Part shown: in pieces, positions 44,100 to 59,754 of the stretch
Layout: each line of letters begins with the position of its first letter
Position numbering within the stretch: the stretch's first letter is position 1
DNA from: Octopus vulgaris
Lineage: Eukaryota
Assembly: GCA_951406725.2 (NCBI GenBank)
Contig: OX597835.1
Location: 44,888,001-44,952,000, forward strand
Reading direction: 5' to 3'
Length of the DNA: 64,000 bases
Made by a program: the position numbers and the translations under genes
Notes under the pieces: model-generated
The model's database searches: none
What the model was told of the DNA's origin: nothing
What the model saw: only the letters and a program-made list of their open reading frames with translations

Positions 44100-46352
44100 T
44101 ATAAGATTTTGATGATTGCATCCTCATCTTGCTTGGTCCCTGGTGTGTGGGACAAGATAACATCTAGAGAAGATGCCATGGAGGGAAAATGCTGTATTTA
44201 CATCATGAAGCGTCTTAGTCTACCAAGAACGATTGAAATGTCAGCACTGTATGAAAATAACGAGTATTTCAGGCGTGATTGACATGGCAGAAAAGATGCG
44301 AACAGTCATTAATAAAGCGGGCAGATGGGGTAGAAATTCAAGCCAACCCGCCAGATGTTAAAACTGAAAGGAAATATAATGCAGGGAAAGAGACTCGGGA
44401 CACAAGAGCATCACAAGGTGCCAGAAAATCTATTGGTTGTAATTCCCTTCAAACCTTTTCAACGATGACACTGAGTGATCAGAGAGACGTTGCTAGTCAC
44501 GGAGTTGAAGCTATAAAAGCTGGGGAAAAACAACTGAATTTGCTTCAATACTTTCTGACAGATAAAATGAGTAAATAAGAAGAAATTATTGAATGGAAAT
44601 TTGGTTGGTAGGAGATCTGGTGCGGAATGTAATAGAGTAAATCTTGTTGGATTGATTGTGCGAAATGAGGAGAATATAGAAGGATCTGAGATTAGGAGAG
44701 ATGAGCATAATGAAAGGCTATTAGAAGACAGTACAGATGCTTGATGCAGAGCCCAGCAGTTTCCTGTAGAAGTAGGATGTAGATGTTTTACTGAAACCAG
44801 ACTTAAACACTGGCTCCCAGTATTCGGCGTGATAACCGTCAGGTAGATGCCATCTTGAATCTTGGAAGAAATTCAGTCCACAGTGAAGACAACCAGCCAT
44901 TGTATGTGGTTAAAGATAAAAGATGAAACCTGCTGAATGAATTAAAGTAGAGACTGAGGCAGCGAATGTTTGCCTATATGGCAGGTAAGACATGCATGCA
45001 TCCATGATATGATTGATGCTGGGGGTCTTGAGCTAACAATATTAAGATCTATTACTAGTGAGTCGATCAAACAGAAGGGCCATCTCAGTGTGTGGAGAGG
45101 GTGCCCTGTAAGCAGCCGAGAGAAGGACTCCATGAAACGAATGCATTCTCACCCGATGAGGCCTTAAACGTACAGGCGTCCAGTATGCTGGACATTCGAT
45201 TGATGACAGTTTCACTCACAAATTTTTCGTGCGATTCGGTTGTCTACCGTTCCTTAGCCTCCAAGTAAAAACATTTCACTTAATCATTATAGGAAATTTT
45301 CATGACGCGGATGGAAATATGCGCTTACAAAAAGCACCTACACGTAAGGTTACCTTATATCTCTAGTTATCCATACGAAATATATTGCTTCTTTAATCAT
45401 ACATTCAAACATATGTAAACACACACACACATACACACGCATACATACACACACATACATATATACATATATATAAAGAGAGAGAGACAACGAAAGAGAG
45501 AGAGAGAGAAAGACAAACAGACAAAGATATATATACATATACGCTATTCATTCGAATTCTTTCATATTCTGTCTCTTTGTCAGTATGTGTTTGCGTGTGT
45601 AGGTTTGTGCGTTTCCGAGCACAGTTTTGATAATATATTCTTCAAAACGGTAACAAGATAATTGCCGCTCTGGGATTTCCTTCGAACAATGCAAATAATA
45701 CAATGGAATCTATTTAGCTGGTATCAGAAAACTGTCACGTATTTACAGAATATTCTCATGAAAGACTTCGAAAACACTTCTAAACAAAGCTGGAACAATA
45801 TTGACTATTGACCCTATCAATGAAGCGTAGATACACAGATACACGCATGCATCCATACATATACATAGATGAGCAACATATATATATATATATATATATA
45901 TGTTTATATATATATGTTTATATATATACATATATACATATATGCACACACACACTCTCTCTGTCTTTTCTCTCTATTCCTCTCTCTCTCTCACACATAT
46001 ATATATATGGGTATATATACATGTATACATATATATCTATATCATTACATGTATACATAGAGACGATTATATATATAATAAGATTTATAATCATATACAT
46101 GCATATGTATCTGTATGTATGCGTATATCTATATATGTATGTATATATATATGTGTGTGCGTTTGTAGATAGATTGATGGATAGATAGATATTCATACTT
46201 AAAATGCACATAGATCTATATCTATACATTTCTCTCTCTCTGGAGAGAGGGAGAGAAATAGGGGAGGGGGACAGAGAGGTTGAGAGGGTGTTTGAGAGAG
46301 CGGGAGAGCGGGAGATCCAAAGCAATAGACGCATAGATAGATAAATAGATAA

Positions 46353-46508
<156 letters not shown>

Positions 46509-46757
46509 CAGAAACAGAAGAATAAACAAGTTGAGTAAATATTTATTTATTACTGTATATAGTTTAATATTGAATACGTTTCAATTAATTCATGTTTCCT
46601 CACAGATAATATCATGGTTGTGTATCACCTATTAAATATCAACAATACATAAATATCACTCTACATATGGATATTGACATATATACATACATACATATAT
46701 ACAGAGATATGTATATATGTATGTGTACACATATATGTATGTATATATAGATGTGCG

Positions 46758-46811
<54 letters not shown>

Positions 46812-47035
46812 TACATTGCTATGTTCACTTACACACCATAATTACTCTTCCTTTCGTATTCAGTTGAAGCCAACTTTGTCCTTCATCCTTTTGGGATCCC
46901 TAAATTAAATCCTATTTAAAACTTGGGGTCTAATCGACTTCCCCTCTTTCATACCTGCTGGCCTTGTGCCAAACTTTGAGATCGGTATCTATACTCCTAT
47001 ATACACACAGCCACATGTGTATACTTACATATATA

Positions 47036-47196
47036 CAGGAGTGGCTGTGTGGTAAGTAGCTTGTTTACCAACCACATAGTTCCGGGTTTAGTTCCACTGC
47101 GTAGCACCTTGGGCAATTGTCTTCTTCTATAGCCTCGGGCCGATCAAAGCCTTGTGAATGGATTTGGTAGACGGAAACTGAAAGAAGCCCGTCGTA

Positions 47197-47266
<70 letters not shown>

Positions 47267-47697
47267 TAATCCAAACAAGAAAGCACAAAAAAACACAACA
47301 AAGCGAGGATGTGGAACAAATATAGTATTATTGGACGCTCAGGAAAGAAGGAAAGAAGGAGGGTTTAAAGTTTCGAGCGGAGCTCTTCGTCGGAAACATA
47401 GAAGAAGGAAAGATCCAGAGAAGGGAAGACAGAGGAAAAAAAATCGCCAACGGTACACACGTGGTCACATTTATATATATGTGTGTGTGTGTGTGCGCGT
47501 ATGTTTGTGTGTCTGTGTTTGTCCCATCTAGCATCGCTTGACAATCGATGCTGGTGTGTTTATGTCCCCGTCGCCTAGCGTTTCGGCAAAATAGACCGAT
47601 AGAATAAATACTGGGCTTGCAAAGAGTTAGTTCCGGGAGTTGGTCGATTAAAGGCGGTGCTCCAGCATGGCCGCAGTGAAATGACTGAAACAAGTAA
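47036..47697 (+). mobile_element. tRNA-derived SINE with a nested hammerhead repeat (47262-47470) in its internal (TA)n
   Basis: Both halves match 20597-21032; the insert matches 21661-21870. Confidence 0.85.
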
Positions 47698-47801
47698 TAG
47701 TGTATACATATATACATACACTCATATGTAAAATATATATCTCTCTCTATATATATACATACTTACATACATATATACATATATATATATACATATGTGT
47801 G

Positions 47802-47887
<86 letters not shown>

Positions 47888-50056
47888 ATGCATGTATGTA
47901 TACCTATATATTTCCTCTGGTTATCAAATTTACATGTTAATAGCTTTTTTAATATGTCTATATATCATCTTTATTGAAATCGTATTCAATTTTTGTCTTA
48001 TAATCTGAAAAAGAAAAGTACAAACCAGCCAACACCTTTTTTTTTCTTCCCTATCATGTTTTCTCAATTTCACTCTAATCTGCCTTTGTGTTTATTTTCA
48101 TTCTTATTTCCGACTTCATAATCGTAAAAGACCAAACTGAAACATAGTTTCTAAATATAGACAGAGGCGTCTACATGGTCATTTGAATTCCTGAAACATC
48201 AACTAACCCCCACTGAAATAAGGGAAGGTAATATTTTGTAAAGGACTCGTTTAATAACGTGATCATTATATTCTAAACACTTTGGGGTGGTTACAGTTGG
48301 CACGACTGTTGTGACCCCTTTGTGTGTAACTAGCCTTAGTTAGTAAGTTAGAGCCCGGAAATAATTAACGTGCAATACGTGCAGCACAATTAATGTAGTC
48401 TTATCCATGCAACAGAAACCACACTTGGCTATAAAAGACGTCGCAGCAACAATTACACAGCGTCATTAGCCAGGCATCATTAGCCAGATGAAAAGTATGA
48501 GCAGCCTCAAACAGAAAGCACTAACGACACACTTGCTAGAAATGAAACTGGGTTTTATCAGGCAAAGAAGGAGAGAAGAAGGAACATAAAACAAAGAAGA
48601 TGAAGTAAAACAACGGCGACAACAAGAGAAATCTGACAAGTAAAATAAATTACAAAGGAAACAGAAAAGTACTTTAGAAAATGACTGATAAAAATCAATA
48701 GAACAATAGCATTATCCTTGCAGCACTATATGTCACAATAGTAGCACCAAACGACATATCTAGCACACGGACAGCAAGTGAATTTACTCATAAGTCATTA
48801 CGAAAGACACTTGGAAAAGAAGAAGAAAAAAACCCCACCAAACTCGAAAAATTGAATACGAAATTAAAATTACAATCTATTTCCCTTTGACATACAATCG
48901 GACCCGTTCCTTTCATTAAACAAATTAAGTCCAATAAAGAAACATGACTAATTAACACAAAATAGAATAAAACACAAATATTTCTGAGTCTGCAGAAATC
49001 GTGTGCATATGTCTGAGACACCTTTTGCCTGAAAGAATCACTGCCTACATCAAACATACAGATCTCCTTGCACCATGATTGTGAAATTGGTAAAATCTTG
49101 GAATTGCGTAAAATAAATGTTTTAATTAGATTAGTTCCTCGCAAAATCTTGTCTAACATATTCATGTGATATTGTGTATTATATGAAGATGCGTAACTTT
49201 GGAAATAATATTTTACTCCCACAGGTAATATGAAGAAATTGATATACATACACTTATTTTCATTTACCTTCTCTCAGATTTATTCCTGCTCATAAAAAAT
49301 GAAGAAATACTAGTTTTCGAAAAGAAGTTATATATTTAATAAGATCTTAAAATATAATAAATATAAATAAATCAAAGTTTTAATTTGAATAATTCCTAAC
49401 CGAACTACTCCTTTACACCTTCTCTTCCATCTCCTCCTTCCCCTGTTTCTATTTCTCTGTTTCGTTCTCTGTTTATGATTCTTTCTCTGTCACTGTTTTC
49501 GGTAACTTGCCACCAAGCCGAGCCCCTGCGGTCATCCCGAACTTCTCATCTTAACCCTCTCTATTTTTCTTTAATTCTTCCTGTATCAAGTTTCACAAGG
49601 AAACTCAACCAAGGATTCAACGTTTATATCGACCATGTTCATATAGTGATGGTCATTGGTTACGAATCGTTGATCACCACTTTAGGGGGGAAGGTTTTTA
49701 ATTAGTAAATGAAGCTAAAACTGGAAAGCATCACTATATAATTATAAACTGTGAGATAGTATATTTCACACTGTCTTGTAGGATGTGTACAGTGTTAATT
49801 GTTTTATATTTGAAAAAATATTAGTAGATGCATTTTCCTTTTTGAGTATTCAGGAAAAAATGGTTAAAATGTCAAGCGACACTAGTTCAATGTCGAAAAA
49901 TAAAGCAGATTCCACAAACATAAATTCCCTGTTCTATAATGTCTTTCTAAACATTAAACATATTAATGCAGTCATTTCGGAAGACGTATACGTGTTTAAA
50001 ATAAGACAAGATCGTGTCTACAATACACGAAATACAAAGCAAGCAGTGTTATAGAC

Positions 50057-50293
50057 CAGTGCTATTCAAGCTGGCGGTCCATGGGCCGGTGCCGGTCTGC
50101 GAGACATCAGCTGCCGTTACGTAGAAATTTTCTAGAAAAGAAACATAAAATACTTATAAAATGCTTTTATTATATCCATCATATATATTGTTTCTGGTAT
50201 AAATTAATATTACTAAAATATATTACCGGTCCCTGGCATATTGGAAAAAACAAAACTGCCGGTACGCCACATCAGATAGTCTGAGAAGCGGTG
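50057..50293. mobile_element. hAT (Charlie-like) MITE
   Basis: 8-bp TSD TTATAGAC/TTATAGAG; termini CAGTGCTATTCAA / CTGAGAAGCGGTG. Confidence 0.7.
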
Positions 50294-51347
50294 TTATAGA
50301 GACAACAACTTGGACTGTGTTTGGCACAACTCTTCTCACTCCTCCACATACCAGACCAGACCCCAGACCAAGTAACTGCATCTTCAACGATACTGTCTCT
50401 TGTGTCTGCATCTATTCTACCCTGATATCTGTGCTTCAGTGTTTCCTAATTTTGTCGACTCTGGGCAATCCACCGACCGACTGAATAGCAGGATCTTAGA
50501 GAATTCAGTGCTTCAGTGACATCCGATTTGGAAACGAGTCACATGTATTTTGATATTGCCGCTCCGACTACCAGTCCAACCAATACCTCGCTGACTACGC
50601 CGTGGCTACCACCACCAGATCCTCCATCATTCGCCTTTATAGAGTACATGGACTCATTTTCTCTCTCCAAAATTGTACCCCTGTCGTTGTGAATCATCGT
50701 CCATCTCCGTTCATCTATCAAATGTTTTCTATCTGGCCTATTATATACACACTTTCCCTCTCTTTATCACTCTCCTACGACGCTTCCATGTACCCCTACA
50801 CCCTTCATAACTAGACTCATCTCACTCCACACCACTTTCAAGTCCACGCACAAGCGTTCAACACAACATCGTCGCCCCTACATACATACAACTCAATCCT
50901 GATAATTCTCCCGCACATTCACACGTCTCACACACATGTAGAAACAAACTTCATCTCGTCTACCATATTGCTCCCTACACGTTGGCATGCACATATCCGC
51001 ACGTTCACACACACACGCCACTTTGTTAACACGAGTATACGTACAAATCCTTATTCTTGTCACACGTACAGTTACACATATCACCATTCATCCACCACCT
51101 CTCACATATCCACGTTACATTCTCTCACACACACTCACAATAAATCTCAAAACTTCCCTCGTTTTACTCCCACTTTCTTTCTACAAACATACAAACATCC
51201 ACGCAAAGACACAATTCTGCGACCCCCAGACACACATTTCCATGCTCGCTTACTCCCAGTCAGAAACGTTTCTCCACACTTCTCGCTCCTACTTTACTTG
51301 ACAGCTCTACGTCACACGTTCCCTGCCACCGAATCTTAACGTTGCTA

Positions 51348-51397
<50 letters not shown>

Positions 51398-52527
51398 TCA
51401 AGTGCGCACGTTCCCCTTTACCTACTCTTCTATATCTTATTGCTTTTTACACTGATTTTGTGTCTAAAGAAATTCATATCTGTTTCCCTTGGCATATTCC
51501 ATATTCCTCTACATTTTCTGGTCCTACTTAACTCCTCCACTCCACACTTACCTCTTCAAGTCTCCTCGGGGTGGTGGTGGTGGTGGGGGTATGCCTCTTA
51601 GTATTTCTATAATTTGTATTATCTTAAAAATATGTTTCTTTTCTCTTCTTTGTACTTCCTTCCTTGAAATACACAAGTCTTTTCGCTTCGACAACATACA
51701 CTCACAGTCTATCATTTGTTTCGCCGCTGTTAACGAATTTTCTTACCATTACCTCAACATGCCTAAGAGACATCTTGTAATCACCCCAGATTCTTCAGAA
51801 GTCTTGTGGAAATCCATTTGGTTTTCCCCAGTGTTGCTTCATTTATGTGAATGCGTAATGTTTTTCTCTTTAACTTTTAAACATTATTTTGTATTGTAAT
51901 AATTCACTTACCTTTCCTTGAACAGTTTCTCTAACTTTAGATTCTTTCAGTCATATCTTGCTTATGTGTAACACTGTCTCACATCCATCCTCTTTCATAC
52001 CACATATTTCAAATACATCTCGTTTGATTTTACCTAGAACTAAAATCTTATACCTCAAACTAAAAAAAACCTCCTTATATCAACTCTTCTCTCCAAGAGC
52101 TTCACAATTACACACCTCACACTCCGACCGTATTTCTACACATCCACACTTCAACGCACATACATTTTGCCAATGAACCATAAACGCCACACGACCACAT
52201 ATCCATCTGTAAACACTGATACAGTCAATGACATCCAGATTCACCCATAATCTGCTTTTCTTAACTATCCCCATAGAATCGTATCCTCATCTGTCTCCTG
52301 AGTATCCTCATTATTATTTAGTTCCTTGGCATTTATCGGTGTTATCATTTTAAGTTTCTCATTTCCCATCATAGTTGGTGAATATCATCTGCTGATGAAA
52401 TAGATGTCCGTCTATCAAACAAAATTTGGTACCAGTGGAAGGGTTGCACTGACCAATAACTATCCTAAGTGCAGATAAAGCGATTTACTATATATGACCC
52501 TACCCCATTTATAAAAGTTGTTAGCCC

Positions 52528-52624
52528 CTTCTTCTTCTTCTTCTTCTTCTTCTTCTTCTTCTTCTTCTTCTTCTTCTTCTTCTTCTTCTTCTTCTTCTTC
52601 TTCTTCTTCTTCTTCTTCTTCTTC
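52528..52624. repeat. (CTT)n microsatellite
   Basis: Direct inspection. Confidence 0.95.
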
Positions 52625-53229
52625 CTCGCTACTTATTCATTCAATAACTACACCTTTATTTACTTTTTTCTTCTCAATATGGTTTTTAAAAAAATGAGAG
52701 TCTGCAAGGCACACAATGTCACGGCACACCTTTGGTACAATTCTGATGAAGTGGTACCCTAATGTCTAAAACCGCAAACATTACCTAAATTTCTACTTTG
52801 AAATTTGCATTAACTGGCGTTGGAAGCAGAATTGTTACAGAAACAATTGCAACGAATAATTGAAGAAGTGTTAAAGATTTTCTTTGTCTTATTATTTGGA
52901 TTATAAATACATACGCACACACGCACAATCATATACGTGTGTGTGTTTGTATACACACACACACACATATATATATATGTGTGTGTTTGGGTGTGTGTGT
53001 GTGTTTGATATAAGTATATGTATAATTACGTATATAACAATTCAACTTTCAATCTATTTTATTCTGTCTCCATCTTTCTGTATATAAAATGGCCACGAAT
53101 ATTACTTATTACTTGTCAGCACAACTACTTCTTTGATCACTTAGACTGATTTTAGAACTACATACATACATAAGTACGTACGTACGTACGCACAAACATA
53201 TATATGGTCATACATATATGCATAGATAC

Positions 53230-53274
<45 letters not shown>

Positions 53275-53299
53275 TGATACATACATACATACATAATAC

Positions 53300-53360
<61 letters not shown>

Positions 53361-53758
53361 CACACATATACATATGCGAGAAATTATATCAAAAGAAAGT
53401 ATGAAGCATGTGCCTTAATTTTGATGCCTCACTAAAGAAAAGAACAAAAACTTCCAATGCACGGCAACTAAACAAAATCTCTTTACTCAACATTAATTAT
53501 TCATATACTGTCAAGTGAAGTATCTATAAAGCACACTCAAACATCTTAAGAAAGTCTTATTCTTAAAACCTTCGTTTTAAGTAGGTGACAGTTGCTTAAA
53601 AACGTCCTTCAATGTCTTTTCAAATTCACATCGGTATTTGTCAAAAGCTTAACAGTCTCTTTATTAATATAAATGATGAGACAATCAATGAGATAATTAC
53701 AAATGACAAATACTAAAAAAAAACAAAAATTGAATTTTGCCGGGAACCAAATTGAGCA

Positions 53759-53830
<72 letters not shown>

Positions 53831-53912
53831 CTGTGATATGAGTATATATATATATATATATATAGATACATATCTGTGAGTGAGTATGCATAATATATAT
53901 TATAGTGTATAC

Positions 53913-53969
<57 letters not shown>

Positions 53970-53984
53970 AAGGTATAATAATAT

Positions 53985-54256
53985 ATATATTCTCTGATTT
54001 AGTGCGACATTTATATATAAAAAATTGACTGAAAACTGAGAATCGAACCCAATATCAGCGCTAATATGGCTATATACGCGTCCGATTCATTCTACGAAAA
54101 GCTCAACTACATATGTATGTTTAAACTGTCAAATACTACTTGTAGTATTTATAAACAAACCGAAAGCTTTGAAAGTTACTGAGAGCGATTATGGAAATAT
54201 ATTAGCACCATAATAACTATGATACTATATATATCTAATAATATATATATATATAT

Positions 54257-54299
<43 letters not shown>

Positions 54300-54426
54300 C
54301 ATATATATATTCTCTGATTTTAAGTGACATTTATATATGAACAAACTGACAAAAAATGATGAGCAAACCGTAGCTAGAATCGAATCCACATATCAACACT
54401 TACATGGCTACATACGCATCCGATTC
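53985..54426. repeat. Diverged direct duplication (about 53985-54087 and 54304-54426)
   Basis: TTCTCTGATTT..GACATTTATATAT..AGAATCGAA..ATGGCTA..TACGC.TCCGATTC occurs twice. Confidence 0.7.
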
Positions 54427-54630
54427 GGCCAAACGGTCCTCATTAATTTCAGTGAAATTTTACGTATATAAGATTATATATGCTTGATACATGTTTTTAA
54501 TATAAGGTATAAAGCGAGCCTGAACGACTGTTTTAAGAAACATGGCGCACTTTATAAATATACCTGTTCATGCAGAATTTATAAGATTCACGAAACTAAT
54601 AGTAGCTCTTTTGGTTGTGCATTTACTTAT

Positions 54631-54661
<31 letters not shown>

Positions 54662-54753
54662 AAATCTACATTCAGCCACGATCTGTGGCCATGCTGGGGC
54701 ACCACACATTTATATATATATATATATTTATATATATAGACATATATACATAC

Positions 54754-54786
<33 letters not shown>

Positions 54787-54787
54787 G

Positions 54788-54823
<36 letters not shown>

Positions 54824-55273
54824 TATTGTGAGTTTGGAGGGTTATCTCACCTGGGCAATTGCCGTGTGGTGGCTAGCAGTTTTGTTGCAGGTTACAGTAA
54901 ACCGCATCGAGCAGCATTTAACGTCTATGGCTACTATTCCGTTGCGCTACCTGGTGTTATCTGTGATTGAGATCTAGATCACATCAGGAATTCTGCAGTG
55001 TTAGTTGAGATAAATGAATAATGAGGAGGAAGATGGATTATAGAAGGTGTCTTTATTCAGTACGCCGAACGTTTCGACCTTAACTGCAGTTGTCGTTCAC
55101 GGCTGGGATATTGTGCATCCAATTGTGTTGCACCGCTCAGTTTAATCTAGGTATGAACAGCCACATACACACATACAGTGGTGTACCGCTAAATATGTTG
55201 TATTCCTGCGTAGCTACAGCAATCCTAATATTAATATACGGACAGCTTCATTAAATGCATGTATGTATATAGT

Positions 55274-55645
55274 GGAGGCGCAATGGCCCAGTGGTTAGGG
55301 CAGCGGACTCGCGGTCAAAGGATGGCGGTTTCGATTCCCAGACCGGGCGTTGTGAGTGTTTGTTGAGCGAAAACACCTAAAAGCTCCACGACGCTCCGGC
55401 AGGGATGGTGGTGATCCCTGCTGTACTCTTTCACCACAACTTTCTCTCACTCTTACTTCCTGTTTCTGTTGTACCTGTATTTCAAAGGGTCAGCCTTGTC
55501 ACTCTCTGTGTCACGCTGAATATCCCCGAGAGCTACTTTAAGGGTACACGTGTCTGTGGAGTGCTCAGCCACTTACACGAGCAGGCTGTTCCGTTGATTC
55601 GGATCAACCGGAATCCTCGTCGTCGTAACCGACGGAGTGCTTCCA
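55274..55645 (+). mobile_element. Full-length tRNA-derived SINE (same head as 26525, different tail)
   Basis: GGAGGCGCAATGGCCCAGTGGTTAGGGCAGCGGACTCGCGGTC...GTTTCGATTCCCAGACC. Confidence 0.85.
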
Positions 55646-57339
55646 GTCTAGTATGTATATAAACATACACGCATAAGTATATCTTTAAATTGAGGAATTG
55701 ATATATAGATGGGTTGGATATGTGAATAGGTCTCACTTGCAAAAGCAAGTGAGAATCACCTCATTGAATTATTCCACAGACATATATACACTTAATTTAA
55801 TCCTCGCGTGTTATCCCTGTAACGCACTGTAACAATACTTTACGTTTTTACTGCGGTTATAATCACTTCTGCCTTCTTGTATATATTTTCACTTTTCCCA
55901 ACTTCTCCTAAAAAGTAAGGGTCGACCGGAGGCTAAACAAAAATATCTCTTCCCTAATACACCGCATATTGAATCGAACGTGACCATTCATCAGAAAAGC
56001 AACGTAGCATAACATATAGGGGAAATTGAACTTGATATCTCCTCTTTTCTACGCAACTGCAGCAGCCATTAACTAGACTTCATCTATTCTGGGTTGTCTC
56101 ATAATTAAACAGTACTTAACTTGCTTACAAACTCACACTCTTATATCAATAAATATAACATTTAATTTGGAGATAATTTGATGTTCACTTAGGCCCCTCC
56201 CATATGCAATTAATATAGGAATATATTTCATTTTGATTCTATGTTTATGACGAAAACTCACCCCAGGATTATAAATGATTGCAAGTTAATAGCTAAGACT
56301 TAATTAGAAATGATATCAGACATTAGATTCACTAATAAAGGACAGATATTTTGGGTGTTAATTCTCGTCATACAAATCAATTTGCTGTGTGATAATTCGC
56401 TTCTTTTCACGCTCGTAGGACACCTCATTATAAGTTAGGCACGTAACGTGAAATTCTATTGAGCTCTAAAATATGTGATACTAATCCAGGGGGGGCATTT
56501 TATCAAGAATTTATTATTTATTGAGTCATATGAAACTGACTCAACTATCATTGTGCGGTGTAATAAGTTACGCGCCTCACAAGACGACAGCAGAAGCAAA
56601 GCTAGGAATTTGTTGCAGGAGTAGGTTCTATATTTTTTTCCTTTTACTCTGCCAAAATGTAATGCAGATAATGTTGTTTACGATCATATTGAAAATTTCC
56701 GCCCTGTCAATTGTGGTTCAAGAAAACGGAGGCCAGTATGCTTCCAATGAAATGACTAAAACACAAAAATGTATATAAAATGGATTATTGACGAACACAT
56801 ACCTATGGGTGCTGGTAAAGCAGCATGGTTAAAAGAGTTACTGGAGAGGGGCCCCTTTTATTTATAAGCGCAAAACGCGTTAGTCGTCGACTCCAACTCC
56901 GGAGTAAATTTCTCTCCAGGCTGTGTGAGATCATATTACACTTTTTAGGTCTGAGATATGCATAGTGCTGTATGCCGCAAATCTCCATGCACATCGGTGA
57001 TGTGGGAGTGACAGACAGGCATGCTGTAGGAAGATCGCTTTCAAATACGTGGTTTCGGATTCTGTCTCCATTCACTGGGTGGCACTCTTTGCAAATATTT
57101 GCCATTGTAGCACAACATGACCAATGATTGTGAATAAATGTGTTAGACAGCGGTTGCATGCAATCATATATATATATATATACATATACCTATATATAAA
57201 TATATATATATATATTTAAAAAGTTATATATATATATATACATATACCTATATATAAATATATATATATATTTAAAAAGTTATATATATATATATATATA
57301 TATTTAAAAAGTTATATATATATACATATACCTATATAT

Positions 57340-57667
57340 AAAGACCCCCTTCGGTCATGAGTGACCATGGGTTTGCACCTAGAGAGTTACCCTCTGAGGC
57401 ACAAGTCTGGGCAAGGTTGTTTTATGGAAGACCAGTAGTCGCCCATGCATACCGGCCTCCCCTCTCCACGCCACCAGTGTTATCCAAGGGAAAGACAAAG
57501 GTCGATACAGCTTGGCACCAGTGACGTCGTAACTCATTTCTACAGCTGAGTGAACTGGAGCAACGTGAAATAAAGTGTCTTGCTCAAGAACACAACACGC
57601 AGCCCGGTCCGGGATTCGAGCTCACAACCTCACGATCGTAAGCTCGACGCTCTAACCACTGAGCCAT
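57340..57667 (-). mobile_element. tRNA-derived SINE (family of 62291-62632)
   Basis: Close reverse-complement match to 62298-62625. Confidence 0.85.
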
Positions 57668-57699
57668 AAAAAGTTATATATATATATATATAGAGAGAG

Positions 57700-58093
57700 A
57701 GAGATGGTAGATGTGGGACCTGCAGCAACCCCACCTACAAATACATAGAGAGCAACAGAGAGATAAGATTTAAAAATGGTGACATATTCAAAGTAAATGC
57801 AGATATGAACTGCAAGACGCAGAACGTCATATACTGCATAACCTGCCCCACGTGCAAGGAGAATTACGTAGGTGTAACTGGTAATTCTTTGTGCCAAGCG
57901 AGCCAGGATCCACCGACAACATATTCGGCAGGAAGAACTACGCAAAATACCACTAAGCACGCACCTAGCTACATGTGGAGAAGGAAAATTTAAGATATTT
58001 CCCTTCTACAAGTGTCCGAAGAACGACACCTCCTTCAGGAGGAATATGGAAAAATATTTCATAGCTAAGTTCTCCCCCAAATTAAATGGCTGA
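57700..58093 (+). mobile_element. Penelope-like element GIY-YIG endonuclease relic
   Basis: RCGTC..FKVNADMNCKTQNVIYCITCPTCKENYVGVTG..RIHRQHIRQEELRKIPLS..HLATCGEGKFKIFPFYKC..RRNMEKYFIAKFSPKLNG* (VIY-YVG motif; frameshifts). Confidence 0.85.
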
Positions 58094-58107
58094 AACTTTA
58101 CTCAACA

Positions 58108-58448
58108 TACATTGAAGGACAAATTTTTCGAGTTAAAATATGATACAGTGGAACATTTAATATATGTGTGTATGTATATAGGTATGTGTGTGTATGTTAC
58201 CTGTTATATACACTATATTGTTTTTGCAATTTACTTGATCTTTACTTGCCAATTGTCATTCTAATTTTAACCTTCCTATGATATACAATTTTCAAGATGG
58301 TGTAACTTGATTGTTCATTTTGATTCGATAGAAGGTGGATTTTTCTCTAATATTTCATGTGTAAGCATGTATATATATATATATAGTGACATTGAAGGAC
58401 ACATCTTTCGATTTACAGTCTAATATAGTAGAACATTTAGGATATGTC

Positions 58449-58481
<33 letters not shown>

Positions 58482-58680
58482 CTGTGTGTGTATAGATATG
58501 TGTATTGCCTGTTATATACATTATATTATATTATTATCTTTATAATTTACTTCCATCTTTACCTTTTAATTGTCACTTTAATTTTAACTTTCCTATGATA
58601 TACAATTTTCAAGATGGTGTAATTTGGTTATTCATTTTGAACCGATAAAAAGGTTTTTTTCAAATATTTTATGTATAAGT
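58108..58680 (+). repeat. Diverged tandem duplication (about 280 bp x 2) of the PLE 3' region
   Basis: ACATTGAAGGACA...CCTATGATATACAATTTTCAAGATGGTGTAA at about 58108 and 58389. Confidence 0.8.
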
Positions 58681-59176
58681 CTGTGTGTGTATATATATTG
58701 GTATAAATATCAACACACAAAAATATTTTTTTCTTCTCCACTTCCTCCCTTATTTTTATTTATTTTTTATTTATTATTTTTTTTGTATCTTATTTTTTTT
58801 ATTTATTTATTTATTTATTTTTTTATTTTTTATTTTTTATATTTTTAATTATTTTTTATTTTTATATTTATTTTTATTTTTATTTTCCCTTTTCTCTTTC
58901 TTTTTTTCTCTCTCTCCTTCTCCAAACACACAGAGACACACACACACACACACGCACACAAAAACACACACGGACACACACACAAACACACACACCTCCA
59001 CAAAACGATCATAGAAAGTGTGACCCCAAATGACATTTGTCCGGCCAGTCTACGCACAACACACACTCAGTGACACGAGACTGGACAGAGAGCAGGGCCA
59101 AATTCTTAGAAAACCACAGGGGGTCCAGTAGGCCAACGGAATAACAATACTTCTTCTTCCCTATCAGATACAAACG

Positions 59177-59207
<31 letters not shown>

Positions 59208-59448
59208 ATACACACATGTTTTCTCTGTCTCACTTCCTCCTCACCCTTTTATACTGTTTTATTCCTCCCCACCACTACTACGAAACTATAAAATGTTCAA
59301 ATTACCCACAAGGAATTGATTTGAAAAGCCCACTCGATTGGGAGAAAGCGCTAATACGAATGATATGATCTGAATGATATAATATATATGTAAAAAGTGT
59401 AATATATAAATAAATATCTATAAATATGAACCATCCGATCTGATTACC

Positions 59449-59523
<75 letters not shown>

Positions 59524-59643
59524 TATAAGAAATTAAAGAAAAAATACTACCGATAATGGTTATATTTCCATAACGAAATCTACCTGGAAATAATAGTTGA
59601 TTTTGGAATTAATAATTATTTACCCTTATATTATTAATACATA

Positions 59644-59754
<111 letters not shown>

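Noticed and set aside
48788-49249. 153-aa ORF
   Set aside because: No recognisable motif or convincing splice context; possibly antisense to a decayed element.
50370-50740. Possible very old GIY-YIG relic (GQSTDRL..SDIRFGN); a similar faint trace at 56900-57160
   Set aside because: Too degenerate to support by eye.
52388-52436. CTGATGA with an ATAGAT/GTCTAT stem
   Set aside because: Lacks G12 of GAAA and a good stem III.
55060-55105. GTGAAC-GAC..GTC-GAAACGTT motif on the minus strand
   Set aside because: The core is one nucleotide short, so it was not counted.
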